Shown here: positions 49,925-62,809 of the stretch, piece after piece | Layout of the letters: each line of letters begins with the position of its first letter | How positions within the stretch are numbered: position 1 is the stretch's first letter | Source: Anolis carolinensis | Taxonomy: Eukaryota | Length of the DNA: 64,000 nucleotides | Assembly: GCF_035594765.1 (NCBI RefSeq) | Contig: NC_085841.1 | Location: forward strand, 242,130,689 to 242,194,688 | Reading direction: 5' to 3' | The notes under the pieces: model-generated | Told to the model about the DNA's origin: nothing | The model's input: the letters and a program-made list of their open reading frames with translations, nothing else | Database searches by the model: none | Position numbers and translations under genes: made by a program

Positions 49925-52900
49925 TTATCAATACCCATCTCCCATAGGGACTCAGGTCGGCTTACAAAATAACACACAAAGATGCCAAACATGAAATACA
50001 TAATACATAAAATACATAAACATGAAAATAATTCTAACATTACATAAACCAGATATATAAATTGGATAAAACAACCTCTGTTAAAATAGAATCAGTTAAA
50101 AGAGCCATGTAATCAATGTAGCAACCCAGATGAAGGTGTAAAATGTAAATATAAAGTGCTAAGTGATTGGCAATCAGTTCTTGTTATCAAATGTCTGCTG
50201 GAAAAACCAAGTTTTTAACTCTTTCCTAAAGTGTTGTAGTGTGGGGGCTTGACTAAGTTCCCTGGGGAGGGCGTTCCAGAGCTGGGGGGGGGGGGCACTA
50301 CCAAGAAGGCCCTCTCCCTCATCCCCACCAATCGTGCTTGTGACGGAAGCAGGAGCGAGAGAAGCCCCACGTAGCACATCCATTCTACATGTAACTAAGG
50401 TGTGGACCACTGTGGCCACGTCAGGTTTTTCGAGGTACGGTTGCAGTTGGCACACAAGCTTTAACTGTGCAAAGACCCTCCCAGCCACTACCGACACCTG
50501 CACTTCAAGTGTCAACGCTGAGTCCAGGAGGACCCACAGACTGCAGATCTTTGTCCCCATGGGGAGTGTAACCCTGTCTAGCACTGACTGCCACCCTATA
50601 CCCCGATTGGCCTTGTGACTGACCAGGAGGACCTCTGTCTTGCCTGGATTAAGCCTCAGTTTGTTGGCCCTCATCCAGTTCGTCACAGTTGCCAGGCACT
50701 GGTCCAGGATCTGGGGAGCTTCTTTGGAGTGGGGTGAAAAATGGTAGTAGAGTTATGTGTCATCTGCATAGAGATGGCACCCAACTCCAAAACTCTGGTT
50801 GACCTCTCCCAGCACAGAATCATAGAATCATAGAATTATGGGGCCGGGCTGTGGCGCAGCTAGCTAGTAACCAGCTGCTATAAATCACTACTGACCGAGA
50901 GGTCATGAGCTCGAAGCCCGGGTCGGGTTAAGCCTCCGACCATAAATAATAATAATAATAATAATAAAAAATAGCCCCGGCTTGCTGTTGACCTAGCACC
51001 CCCGAAAGACAGTTGAATCTGTCAATTAGGGAAATTTAGGGACGCTTTATGCGGGAGGCTAATTTAACTAATCTACAACACCATAAAACTGCTCACGAGG
51101 AAAAGAAGAGGAAGAACAGCCACCAATGGACGGTGAAGCAACAGCTCCCCCTGTGGCCGGAAATCGTGAAGCTGGAAGATGTTAAAAAAAAATGCCTCTG
51201 TGTCTGTCTAAAACTGAATGTTGTTTGTCTATTGGCATTGAATGTTTGCCATATATGTGTTCATTGTAATCCACCCTGAGTCCCCTTCAGGGTGAGAAGG
51301 GCGGAATATAAATACTGTAAATAATAATAATAATAATAATTATAGAGTTGGAAGAGACCTCACGGGCCATCCAGTCCAACCCACTGCCAAGAAGCAGGAA
51401 AATGACATTCAAAGCACCCCTGACAGATGGCCATCCAGCCTCTGCTTAAAAGACTCCAAAGAAGTTTCATGTAGATGTTGGAAAGCATGTGGGAGAAAAT
51501 AGAACCTTGTGGGACCCCACAGGACAATAGCCAGGGATCTGAGCAGGTGTCCTCCAGCACCACTATCTGGGTCCGATCCTCCAGGAAGGAGTGGAGCCAC
51601 TGCAGCACAGTGCCCCCAAGACCCATTCCAGAAAGCTGACCGTGAAGGATACCATGGTCGATGGTATCAAAAGACGCTGAGATGTCCAAAAGACCAGCAG
51701 GGATACACTCCCCTCATCTAGTTCTCTGCAGAAGTCATCCACCAAGGCAACCAAAGCTGTCTCCATTCCATAACCTAATTATAATCTCTCACCACTGTGG
51801 CTAATGGTGAAGGATGATGAAAGCTGCAATCCAAAAACATCTAGAGAACCTCATGTTTCCCAGTATGGTTTAAAGGGTCAAGCAGAATGACTATTAAAAC
51901 TACACTGTCTAGATTTAGAGTCACAATGGCAACTGAGCATCTTTCCCAAGAATCTGGGCTGTTTGTTGCTTACTACCATAGTTCTTGGGTACAGTGCATG
52001 CTTGACAACTGGTAGAGCAAAAATAACAAATGCTAAGAAGAGTCCGTTACCAAGTTTAATATCCACAGTTCACATCATAGTGATCAATAGCTTGCTGCAA
52101 ATGAGCTTATCACTTATGAGGCAGGTAAACAGCAGTTGCAGCAAGATAAATAGCATCTTTGGTTAGGATCACATTACATTATTTCTCTTGGTGGGAGACT
52201 GTTTGGAAAGCATTTATTATACAAACACACCAAAAATAATTAATGACCTCTCATCAGAAAAACAACAGATGAGGAAAAAATGTCCTGTGGTAGGTCCTGT
52301 TGTTATCCTGTAGCAACTATGATTTATTTGCCTTGTGTGATAAGGTCCTTGTACTCGCACACCCAGTAAGGTACCTTGTGAAGCAGTCAAATGTTTCTTG
52401 GTAGGGAACAAGTGTATAGCAGATGGTTGATGATAGACAATCAAGAAATGTTTTATGACTGCTTTCCCTAATGTAACAATCTTTCCATTGTCTCCAACCA
52501 ACAGGTCCATCTCACTTGCTGGATGAAGGGAACTGTAATCTTATTAATCTGGAGGGTGTTGGTTTGGGAAAGCATAGACTCTGTGAGAACTGCTAAAGGG
52601 TCAACAAGAGATACAGAACATTGGTCCCACCATGAGGCCAAACTATGAACACTAAAAAGAGACTAGTTTAAGAAATAACAGGTTTGCTTATAAAGGGCAA
52701 GTGTGTTAGGAGGCAGCCAGAGCTTGCAGATGTAGCTATTGCATGTGTACCATCCCTGCTCTATACAAGTGGCTAGATCTCTTTTCTGTTTGGAGATTCT
52801 GGAAACTGAAACTTAGAACTTCTGCAAACAAAGAATATGTTCCTGTAGTCGGTTGCAGTCCTTTCCTTAAACTACAATAGCAAATGGAATGGGTTTGTTC

Positions 52901-55900
52901 CCTCACCGGCTCAGCTGCTCCATGAGATGCTTTGTAGTGTCTGCCTTGGCTGCTAGCTTTTGCTTTGCATGTTGAACATCATTCATAATTTTGTCCAGAT
53001 GGCTATTCAGACACTGAGAAAAAAAGATAAAGTTTGGGAGAAGCAGAAAAAAAATCACTGTTATGCAAGTGAGGGAGACCAGGTGCTTTTTTCCAAAACT
53101 ACATGCTTTCTGTATCTTGAACTGGTAACAGCTGATCTTTGATTTGTCTTCAGTTCCCAGATGCCCTAGCCAACAAGGCTGGAGATTGTGGAAGCTCAAA
53201 CACCTTGGTCCTACAGAACTTTCAAGAAGCTAAAAAGAAACAAACTGGAGTTGCATCTACAATATAAATTTATTGTAGTTGGACACTACTTTAACTGCCA
53301 TGATTTAATCCTACTTTGGTTTCTCTTCAGATCGTATAAATCTTTCGCCTTTTACTAAAGATTTCTGTGGAGAGGAACATTCAGGAGTTTGTAACCAATT
53401 GTTGAGGCTCTGTTGAGGCCAGGTTATAGCACAGCTGGTTAATCACCAGCAGCAATAGATCACTGCCGACTGGAAAGTGGGAAGCTTGAAGCCCTAGTCG
53501 GATTGAGCACCTGATTGCCAATAGCCTAGCTTACTGTCCATCTCAGTTCGAAAATAGCTGCAGCTGTGAGTAGAGAAATTAAGAAGTTAATTTAATTTAC
53601 AACAGCGGGGAAGTTAATTTAAAACTGCCAGTGATCAAAGAACAAGGAGGAAATACTATTATCAAAAAGGACTCAGCATCATAGTGGATAAAGCAAGAGC
53701 TCCCCCTGTGGCCGGAATTGAGCATAACCTCCAGAAATTGGAAAATGTTACATTACCTCTATCTGTCTGTATGTGTTGTATGTCTAAAAGCAGCATTGAA
53801 TGTTTGCCGTGTATACGTGCATTGTGATTCACCCTGAGTCCCCTTCGGAGTGAGAAGGGTGGAATATAAATACTGTAAACAAACAAACAAATAAATAAAT
53901 AAAGTGGAGTTGCAATTTTATAAGGCCTTTATGCTTCTCACCAAGCTATAACTTCCATGACCCCATAGCATTGTGTCATGGTAGTTAAAGTAGTGTTAAA
54001 CTGCATCATTCTATACTGTAGATGTACCCTAGATTAGACCATCCAATCTAGTATCTTTTTCAAAGTATATTTATGCAAAATATTTATTCTGAAAATAACA
54101 CATCAAGACAATAGCAGATCTTGAAAAAATTAATTGGCATTTTTTTAAAAATCCCTGAATCCCACAGGCAGCATTGCCACAAAGTAATCTTAATCCTTCT
54201 AGACAAGTCCTGCCCCCTATATTCTATAAAGCCCCAGGCTTTATATGAGATATTTTTCATAATTTCAGTCTGATTTGCACAGAACCACACTTACTGTTTT
54301 GTTATATATTCATTTAGTTTAGAAAAATATTTTTGGAACTTGTCACAATTATCCCAGGTTTAATGCCACCTGAAAACTTGTTCTCTCATGTTATACCCTC
54401 AGCGCCAGGTATTTTTCTAATTATATTAAGCAACACTAATCTCAAAGCTTGGTTTACTTCCCTGTGCTATAAGACTTGCCTATTTACTTTTTACAGCATG
54501 TAGTTCAATTTCTTAATTAATTGAATGCATTCTATATAGAGGTCCTGCATTTCCACAGAGTACCAGTGCAGGAATGTTGCTTCCAGTGTGGCCCAATATT
54601 TTATTCCACAGAAGAAGGATGGCAGTTACAGATGGTGCTCTGGACTAGAAATACCGTATTTCCTAATATCACTTAACAACATACTGTACATGGAACAGAA
54701 GGCTCCTACCTTTCCATGGGTTTGATTTTCATGCTTGTCACAGCTCACTTTCTTGACAGCGTTTTCCAAAGCTTGTGGCATACCAACTGGAAGAATGTCC
54801 ATTAGTTGTGGCGTTGCCACCCCAGAGCTGTTTGCCTCTGTGAGGATTCCCCTCTCCTTGACTGGGACCCTGGCTTTCTCATCTCTGGTCTCAGGTTCTA
54901 GTGTCAGCACATTGCCACAAAGAGGAATGCTCTTCTCTGTGGACCATTCCCAGTATTGTTCCAGTTCTTCACTCAGCTTCTTTGCTATGTCAGTTGCTTG
55001 GTTTTTCTCTTGTTCTAGTTGGCCCACACGAGTTTTCAGTTGTAGACACTCCTCTCTTAGGGCAGAGGCCACAATTTCATTTTTATCCTGCAAGGTTTTC
55101 TGTAGTGCTTGGCTGGTGGCCTTCCCATTCTCCAGCTCACTTCTAAGTTGGGTGATCTCCTGGATCTGTCCCTTCAGGGCAGCAGTAGTGCTCTCTAAGT
55201 GCTTTGCCAAAGCCTCTCTTTCTTCAAGGCCTTGCTGCAGAGTGGCCTGGAGCTGCTTCTTCTCCTCTTGAAGCTTAGCAACCTCTTTTTCAATTGTTCC
55301 TATCTGGCTGACTGATTCCTGTCTGATTCTTTCACACTGGGTCCGCTCCTCAGCTAGTTGATCAATCAGCTGTGATTTCTTTTGGGCCATTTCTTCTAAC
55401 TGAACTTTCAATGTAGTGTTTTCCTTCAAAACCACCTGAAGCTGGTTTGTCTGGGCCTGTAGGTCATTTTGCAAGCCTTGCAATTGCTCTTCCTTGTCTT
55501 TTAGGACCTTCTCTGTCTTCTGAAGAGACATCTGGAGAGTAAAAATATGTTCTTGACACACTGACACTTTCATCTGAAGGTCCTGAGCTTCTAATTTTGT
55601 TAACATGAAGCTATTCTCTTGTGAGATGAGAGTTTCTGTGAGAGTCTCCTTCTCCCTTTCTAGCATCTTTATCTCAGCTAGCCTCCTCTCCAGTTTCTCC
55701 CTTAAAAGACCCTTCTCTAATGCTGTCTCTACTAGTGTGTCATTTGTCCCTTCTGACTGTGCCTCACTGGTTTCCAGTTGGCCATGATGGCTGCTCAGAG
55801 CAGCCACTTGGGTTTCCCATCTGTCCAGACTCTTTTCACACACCTTTAGTTTTTCCTGCAGCCCCTGACATTGAGAGATCATTTGCTGGTGCTTCAATTC

Positions 55901-58900
55901 TTGAGTCTCCTTTTCTGCCAGGCACCTTCTCCATTCTGCCTCTTGAGAACTCAGCCTTTGTTCTGCCTCCTCAAAACGCCTCTCAGCAGCATCTTTCTTG
56001 GCCCATGCCTCCTGGCATTCAATGGTCAGGTTGGCAATCTTGGATTCTGCCTCTCTGAGGGATTTTACTACCTTGGACAGCTCTTGCTGCTGTTTCTCCT
56101 GCTCATTCATTTTCTCCTTCTGTTGTTTTTCATGCTTGGCTAGCTCCTCTTTTAGAGCCTGATTCTCCTCTAAAAGGGCTTGCTTCAGATACTTGTTTTC
56201 TTCTTGTTGCTGGGCCATCTTCAGCTGCAAAGCACTAAGTTCCCATATCATCGCTCTCAAATCCTTCTGCTTCCAGCAGTCCTCATTTTCAGATGTCACT
56301 TGTGGATCCTCCATCTTTTCACAGAGGAAATGTTCAGGCTGAGAAAGCAGGGAACTAAGATCTTGGCTGGAAGAGACCTTGCCTGGTTGCTCCTTACTGA
56401 ATTTGTCCACATGGATCTGTGACTCACCATTTCCCCTCTTCACTTCCTCAACAGAAACTGGATGCTGGGCTTCCTTTTCCATAAAAGAACTCAGCTTTAC
56501 AAGAGAACCCATCTGTAGCAGACTGTTCTTTCTGTTTCTCCAGACTCCAACCCACTTTTCTATTGAGTGCTCCCATCCAAGTCTGACTGGATCATCATTT
56601 GTTGACTGAGGAACATATAAATCTTTGGTTCGTAATGCATTCTTGTGGGCTTGGGTGGCTTCTTGGTTGCTTCCTGGACTGTGATTTGAGTTCCTAACCT
56701 ATGAACAATACACAAATAAACAGTTTGATATGTAGAGTTGTTATCATATTAGGTGCTAGGAAATGCAAGAAAAGCAGTGAGTGCTGGAGTTGGTCCATGA
56801 ACAAAAGCTGGGCCTTATATGTCTTATCATGCATTGACACTAAACAAGAAACACTAAAGAAAAACAACTACATGACAAATGAGATCTTGAAGAACAACCC
56901 AAAGGTTGCCAGATCATAAGAACAATCTTCCATGTCCACACACCATTTTTATGTAAGATAGGCTGAAAAAGCAATGGTCTAACTTGGAAGTGTCCTCATA
57001 GTACTTTTTACAAACATTCCCTTTTCTTTCACCAGGGTAAGTTCTGCATAGAGCTTAGGAACGTTACTTCTTCTGGACTACTACTCAGAAACTTCCAACG
57101 AGTATGGCCAGCCAGCATAAGCACTACATATTCTGCCTGGAGGATTCTGTCAGCACCAATCCAAAAATAAAACAAAATTTCCCAAGGTCTAGTTCTGCAA
57201 GGGCTGAATTATGGAAAATATTACTGGAGAGTGATGACTGGCTACAACTCATGGCATCTTGAGAACACTTCATCTTATACCCAAGTTTGCAGCTGTTTCT
57301 ACAGCTTCCTTTTTTTTAAAAACGATGTGCGAATATATAAACACACATGAACTAATTCTGAAAGGGCAAGAAACCTGACAAGAATTTGGAGAGGGACAAA
57401 GCATATAGATAAACTAGCTCTCAATTTGCTTGTGTGTCTCTCACACACATACTCAAGTTGGACTCATGCTGTGCATTAGGAACTCATGAGGCACTCTTTC
57501 AATATTACAAGATGGTAAAAGTTCTGGAAACCAAACTATGAGGAACTGCTTAGGAAGCTGGGTGTGTTTATCTGGGAGAAGAGAACTGGGCTGCAGTGGT
57601 GCAATGGATTAAATCCTTGTGCTGTCTGAACTGCTGTTGCCAGTTCGAATCCATGAGATGGGTGAGCTCCCGTCTGTCAGCTTTAGTTTGCTGGGACATG
57701 AGAGAACCCTCCCAGAAGGATGGTAACATGTCCGGGCATCGCCTCGGCAAAGTCCCTGTAGATGGCCAATTTTCTCACATGAGAAGCAACTTGCAGTATG
57801 TTCTCAAGTCACTTCTGACACGATAAAAAAAGCCATCTTAAAGAGGCTGCTTCAGTAGTAACCATTTTGGATAGAATCTGGCCTTTTCAGTTGTGAGAAC
57901 TGAAGTGGTCAGAGCTGTGGGACATTTGGATTTTCAGATGCTTTGACCTCTAGTGCTGATCGGCCCCACCCAGCAAGCCAGTGGCAAAGGATTGGGGAAT
58001 TATAGTCCAAAACATTTGGAGAGCCAAAGGTTCCCCTCTGTTGCAATAGAGGCTGTGGTTCTCACACTGACTTTCACAATATCTCTATGGAAATCAAGGT
58101 TATCAGATCACCTCTATCTTGGGATGCAAGGTAAATTGATACAGGGAAAACTCAGACTCTGTGAGCTGTTTCTCAACACAGAATTCTAATGTTATGATTC
58201 CACTTTAACTGCCTTGGCTGCATTATATGAAAATCTGGGGTTTGTAATTTGGTCAGAAACACCAAGGGGTTCTCCCTGAATTGAAAATTCCTGAGTTCTA
58301 TGGGATAGAACCATGGCAGATAAAGTGGAACCATAGTGTCATAACTGTATAGTGTGAAAGGTGCACACAAATGATGTAAAGCTATTGTTGGGATCTTCCA
58401 GCAGGGAGTATCTTGCTATGTAATAGAACAGACAGGGAAGTGAAAGCCACATACCTCAGAAGATTCATTCTCTGCATTGGTGTGCTTGGCAACTGGGATG
58501 GAACGTTGCGGCAAAGCCCTAGAAAAAATAAATATCAAATCTTCAGTCATGATACTGACTGAAATACATGATATTTCATCTCACTCCTCATGACTATCTC
58601 ATATGTTTTCTGAAGGAAGGACTGTCTTTGCATGCTGCATACCTGGACATGGTTTCCATGGATAGAGATTTTCCTGGGTAGAAGGCAATTTTCATCATTC
58701 AAGTTATGTTGTGCTACAACTGTTGTGAGGCTTAGCTAACACAAACAATGCTGGGAGAATCATGGGAGTTACAGTCCTTGGAGGGCCATAAAAGCCTACC
58801 ACTTAGACTACTATCATGGATGGAATTGTATCTTCACCCACACTACACATTTATAGCACTCTTTTTCCACTTCAGTTACCAAGGGTCCATCCTAGAGAAT

Positions 58901-59563
58901 CCTGTTTTTTTGTGGTTTGGTCAAGGGCACCAAAGGAACTCCATGGCTAAGGATTTTAATGCCTCTCCTTCAACTGTCCATCAGAGACAGCTAGTGTAGT
59001 TTAGTGATTTAAGTCATGGAAACCCACTGGGTGGCCTTGGACAAGTCATACCCTTTCAGTTTTAGAGGAAGGAAATGGAAGACCCTGATTGAGGGAAAAG
59101 ATGCAAGAGGCACACAAATCACAGAAGACAGATAGAGGATGAAGATGGGATACTGCATAACACACAGTCCACTGGGATTTGTAAGAGATGAAAGTTAGTG
59201 AGAACATAAGGGAAAGGCAGCAAAGAAGTTATAGAGATAAGAGATTAAAGAAAGGCATTAACAGATAAGTTGATGAATGAAGGGGAAAGCGAAGTGTAAT
59301 CAGCTGCAGTGTGTGTTTGTATCTACCAAAATATAGAAGCAGATTTTGTTTTAACTTTTGTCCCTCTAAGATGGAATTAGACTGAAACAGCATTACTTGG
59401 TACTGATTATGCAGATAAGGGCTGATGGATACTGTAATCCCACAATATCTGGGAAGACGCTGTTGAGAGAGAGAAATAGCTAAACCCCAAATGAGACTGG
59501 AGGTTTTTGGCACCTCCAACATACTTTAAAAATGTCTTCTGGCCACTGAGAGTGGGCAGGAAG

Positions 59564-59624
<61 letters not shown>

Positions 59625-62600
59625 TTTATTTGCATACCGCCCTATCTCCCTGAAGGGACTCAGGGCAGTTTCCAACATGTAAGGCAAACATTCAATTGCC
59701 AGAAAGCAAACCGTTCAGACAATATATTGAAATAAACACATTCAACAATAGAAGCTAATCTAAACCAAGTTCAGCATGTAACATAAGAAATCACAGAGTC
59801 TCCCTCAGTGCATGTGCCCAGGGCTGGAACTGTGTCCAAATTAAGTATTTTCTAACTTCTCCCAAAGTCCTCACATCCTGAGTCTATTATTTAAAAAGAG
59901 TTGCATGTCAGTCATCCTAGGATTTAGTCCTTCACATCTGAAATTCAAAATCAATTCACAAAAAGTATAATAAACTTGAAATGCCAAAAGAAAATTCAGA
60001 GATGCATATTTTTCATAGAAGCTAAGAAAATATTGGATTCAATTAGACATTCCTTTCATTAAACAACAGTGTTTGGGTCAGACAGCAATTTTAGACATAT
60101 GCCTCACTAAACAAAGAACCACCTAATGTTATACATTTTCAAACACACTGTACTCTCATCCCACAATCAATTTTGGCTTTGGCAGAAAAGGAATAGAAAC
60201 AGAAAACAGAAATGCAAGTTTAAAGAATAAACATACAGTAGAGTCTCGCTTATCCAACCTTCGCTTATCCAACGTTCTGCATTATCCAACACTGTTTTTG
60301 TTTTTGTAGTCAATGCTTTCAATACATTGTAATGTTTTGGTGCTGAATTTGTAAATACAGTAATTACTACATAACATTACCATTTATTGAACTGCTTTTT
60401 CTGTCAATTTGTTGTAAAACATGGTGTTTTGGTGCTTAATTTGTAAAATCATAATGTAATTTGACATTTAATAGGCTTTTCCTTAATACCTCCTTATTAT
60501 CCAACATTTTCACTTATCGAATGTTCTGCTGGCCCGTTTATGTTGGATAAGCAAGACTCTATTGTATTTCCTTATGCTTGTGATCCCATGCACTAATTTA
60601 ACAGAGAGCTTCAGCACTCACAGTGAACAGATGCAAGAGAGAGAGAAACAAAACTTCTCCATTGCATTGCATTGACCCCAACTCTCATTGTTTGAAAATC
60701 AGAAAGTGAGGAAATTATGTAAAGAATCCATGGCTTCCCTCATTCTGGAAAATCAGTATCTCCTCCTGCTTACTCACTCAGAAACCATTGGCCATGCAGC
60801 ATCCAGGTCCGCTCTACAGAGTGCGAGGTGGAAGGTGATGCCTTCAAGTTCATAGAGGGAGCCCAAGATATCCAGCCATAGCTTTTTGTCCAGAAAGGGG
60901 CTGCGTGCGTAGTACCACTCACTGCAAAGAGCAAACCAGAGCAGATCCTGAATACATGCCCTGAACAAATTGCACTATTTCCATTGTGGACCAGGTCGCA
61001 TGGGATGTAATAAGCTGGTTGGGGGGGGGGGGGGTAGGAGGACCTCCTAGTTACCTAATGCTTGACTTTACAAGGTTATGGAGCTACTTCCAGTTTGCCT
61101 GCCTTGTATAATGCAGCCCAAAATTTGGAGCACAGGATGCTTTAGATATGCAGGCCTCACTGTGACAGTAAATATAGCAACACCATGAAGAAGAACCTCA
61201 AAGTGCAGGTGCTTAACAGTTTTTCTTCAGCTCAGAGCACCCTTACCTGGTAGCATCTGGTTCCATGAAGCAAAGCTGTAAGGTTTCAGCAAGTTGTCGA
61301 TGGACCAGGCAATAGCGGAGGAAAGCACGTCCTTTCCCTAAAGATGTTTTTAGCTGTTGGAACAAACAAAGACACACTAATGTACATTCGTGGCTAGAAG
61401 AATAATCTAATATCACTCTATTTGCAATAGTGTATACAAAAAGCTTCCAAGCAGAGCAGATAAAAAAATCCATCTTACTTTGTCCAGGGAGGTGACATGT
61501 TGCAATCCTTCATGGATTCCACTGTGCAGCCTTGTCAGGACTCTACTCAGAAAGTCCCAATAATCTTTCTTCTGCCCAAAGAGATTTCTCTTCTCTTTCA
61601 GATCATACTGGAATGATAATATGGGGTGGGATGTGTGTGGAGATAATGGCCTTATTCATTAGTATGTGTTTTGTGGATGCTACCATATTTTCAATTTGCT
61701 ATATATTATGCTAAGTGCTATGCTGCATATATTTTTTATTATCAAAGGAACAAGTACGCTTCACCCTGTACGATCCACTAGATTGGGGCTCCCTCATCAT
61801 GCAGTCATTTTTTAAGTAGAGATAATCACCATGGCAGTCCCCAAAAAACCAAGTGGGGCTTTCCCACCTGGTGCGTCAGGAGCCCCGAATGGCACAATGG
61901 GGTTAAACCCTTGTGCCGGCAGGACAGCTGACTGACAGATCGGCAGTTTGAATCCAGGGAGAGAGGGTGAGTTTCCTCTGTCAGCTCCAGCTCCCCATGC
62001 GGGAACATGAGAGAAGCCTCCCACAGGGATGGTAAAACATCAAAACATTTGGACATCCCCTGGGCAACGTCCTTGCAGATGACCAGTTCTCTCACACCAG
62101 AAGCAACTTGCAATTTCTCAAGTCGCTCCTGACATGAAAAAAAACTGGTGCATCATCCAGGAACCACTTTTCAATCTCCCATTCATCCTTCTCAGTTAGG
62201 AAAGGGGGTAGAACAGGAATAGAAGAGAACTAGGAAGCAAATTGCTCCCAGTCTCAAAAGCTCCAGGAAGTATCAAGGAAGAGGCAAGAAAATTGTTTCA
62301 ACTCTTTTTTTGTTGTTCAGGGAAAGCCAGAGGAAGGTAATCTGCTCTCATCTGGTGATGGCAGGATCTGTCTGAAATCCTAGACTGGAGTCAGCTAGTT
62401 TCAGAAAGCACCAACTAGTAGTGGGGCAAGGAGTCAATACTATGCCTAATCTGGGTTTGGAGAAAATAAGCAGGAAGTTCCTTGCAAGCATCTCTTTTAA
62501 AAATAGGAGATATTTCTTTCCCTCTAGAATGGGAAGCGTTTCAAGGAAGGAAAGTGGCTTTATGGAAGGATAAACTTATTACAGGGCTGGGTTTCTAACC

Positions 62601-62809
62601 CACACTGATAGAATGAAGGTTCCCTTCTCTCCTCTATCAGAAATGCTTTTTGTTTACTCTGTTCACAATCCGTGCCCTGTTGTGATGTATCAGGTGCCAT
62701 ACCTGCAACAAGAACTCCAGCTGGGCACAGAACTGTTGCAGCTCCCGACTACCATCTGTCACTGGTAGTCCCCGTGCCTGGTAATTTGCATTTAACTCTA
62801 TCACAATAT
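41539..62809 (-). CDS. RUFY4: RUN and FYVE domain-containing protein 4, ten coding exons (5' exon outside the window)
   Basis: Exons 62809-62703, 61607-61479, 61353-61247, 60921-60778, 58518-58455, 56698-54710, 53013-52907, 46793-46647, 44763-44632, 41641-41539; all GT-AG, phases join into one open frame of 3029 nt; RUN domain, coiled coil, FYVE-like finger; neighbour of CXCR1/2 as in mammals. Confidence 0.9.
42959..43993. mobile_element. Old Tigger-like MITE split by the solo LTR
   Basis: Degenerate ends tagtgggccct… / …gtggatacaggagaacaactgTA. Confidence 0.5.
43045..43895 (+). mobile_element. Solo LTR (Gypsy-like), 851 bp
   Basis: TGTTGTATC…GGTGCGACA termini; 5-bp duplication CAATG at 43040-43044 and 43896-43900; AATAAA near 43820; internal ~60-bp tandem repeats. 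Confidence 0.85.
44632..44763 (-). CDS. RUFY4: RUFY4 exon (coiled-coil end, FYVE-like start)
   Basis: [10 protein letters not shown]…[17 protein letters not shown]; 132 bp, phase 2/2. Confidence 0.9.
44925..45305 (-). mobile_element. L2 LINE 3' fragment
   Basis: Reversed L2 tail and ggacgagagacagggccctt…gtggctcc motif. Confidence 0.7.
46187..46321. mobile_element. hAT MITE
   Basis: Palindromic; CACTRCAC flanks. Confidence 0.8.
46647..46793 (-). CDS. RUFY4: RUFY4 coiled-coil exon
   Basis: SQQEKEQLQ…KGKLLELLR; 147 bp, phase 2/2. Confidence 0.88.
46913..46954 (-). ncRNA. Minimal type I hammerhead ribozyme motif
   Basis: CCT CTGAGGA tgcctgccatagatgtgggt GAAA CG TC AGG on the minus strand. Confidence 0.7.
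47136..47176 (+). ncRNA. Minimal type I hammerhead ribozyme motif
   Basis: CCT CTGAGGA tGCCttccatagatgtgGGC GAAA CG TC AGG. Confidence 0.75.
47334..49630 (+). mobile_element. Long composite non-autonomous Helitron; 3' end runs into an assembly gap
   Basis: A|TCTATATATATAAATGAGTGATGG start and 3' region match 28911-29483; contains MITEs (47832-48494, nested 48030-48352), Penelope-derived repeats and a Sauria SINE (49262-49572). Confidence 0.85.
49631..49802. other. Assembly gap (172 N)
   Basis: Direct read. Confidence 1.
49873..51775 (-). mobile_element. L2 LINE fragment interrupted by a CR1 3' end (~50814-51462)
   Basis: [47 protein letters not shown]; L2 resumes either side of the CR1 piece. 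Confidence 0.88.
50840..51340 (+). mobile_element. tRNA-derived SINE with L2-type tail (Anolis SINE2-like) nested in the CR1 tail
   Basis: A and B box-like head, (AAT)n tail; splits tagaat|agagttggaagagacc. Confidence 0.85.
52907..53013 (-). CDS. RUFY4: RUFY4 exon
   Basis: [20 protein letters not shown]…MEQLS; 107 bp, phase 0/2. Confidence 0.85.
53415..53903 (+). mobile_element. Older copy of the L2-tailed SINE
   Basis: Homologous to 50840-51340. Confidence 0.8.
54710..56698 (-). CDS. RUFY4: RUFY4 giant coiled-coil exon (1989 bp, 663 codons)
   Basis: Contains the 628-aa ORF in frame; acceptor ttcatag| at 56699, donor AAG|gtagga at 54709; E/Q/K/L-rich heptads. Confidence 0.9.
57588..57831 (+). 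mobile_element. tRNA-derived SINE (third family), degraded
   Basis: Homologous to 61878-62144. Confidence 0.75.
58455..58518 (-). CDS. RUFY4: RUFY4 small exon
   Basis: (E)[21 protein letters not shown]; 64 bp, phase 2/0, needed to keep the frame. Confidence 0.8.
59564..59623. repeat. (CAT)n microsatellite
   Basis: Direct read; tail of a reversed L2-type 3' end. Confidence 0.95.
60236..60564. mobile_element. Tc1/Mariner-superfamily MITE (CAGTAGAGTCTC TIR)
   Basis: TIRs and TA duplication. Confidence 0.9.
60778..60921 (-). CDS. RUFY4: RUFY4 RUN-domain exon
   Basis: [10 protein letters not shown]…[16 protein letters not shown]…[10 protein letters not shown]. Confidence 0.92.
61247..61353 (-). 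CDS. RUFY4: RUFY4 RUN-domain exon
   Basis: [28 protein letters not shown]. Confidence 0.93.
61479..61607 (-). CDS. RUFY4: RUFY4 RUN-domain exon (not in the ORF track)
   Basis: [43 protein letters not shown]; cag| and |gtaaga. Confidence 0.92.
61878..62144 (+). mobile_element. tRNA-derived SINE (third family)
   Basis: A and B box-like head, poly-A tail, CTGGTGCRTC flanking repeat. Confidence 0.85.
62703..62809 (-). CDS. RUFY4: RUFY4 RUN-domain exon (not in the ORF track)
   Basis: (D)[35 protein letters not shown]; 107 bp, phase 1/0. Confidence 0.9.

Noticed and set aside
49483-50040. ORFs spanning 49631-49802
   Set aside because: Artefacts of the N gap.
54626-56512. Stand-alone 628-aa gene
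   Set aside because: It is an internal RUFY4 exon with read-through past the donor at 54709.
41539-62809. Calling the gene FYCO1
   Set aside because: No GOLD domain, RUN sequence closer to recalled RUFY4 (DYWDFL, LQLC, WPMxSE), and CXCR1/2 synteny.
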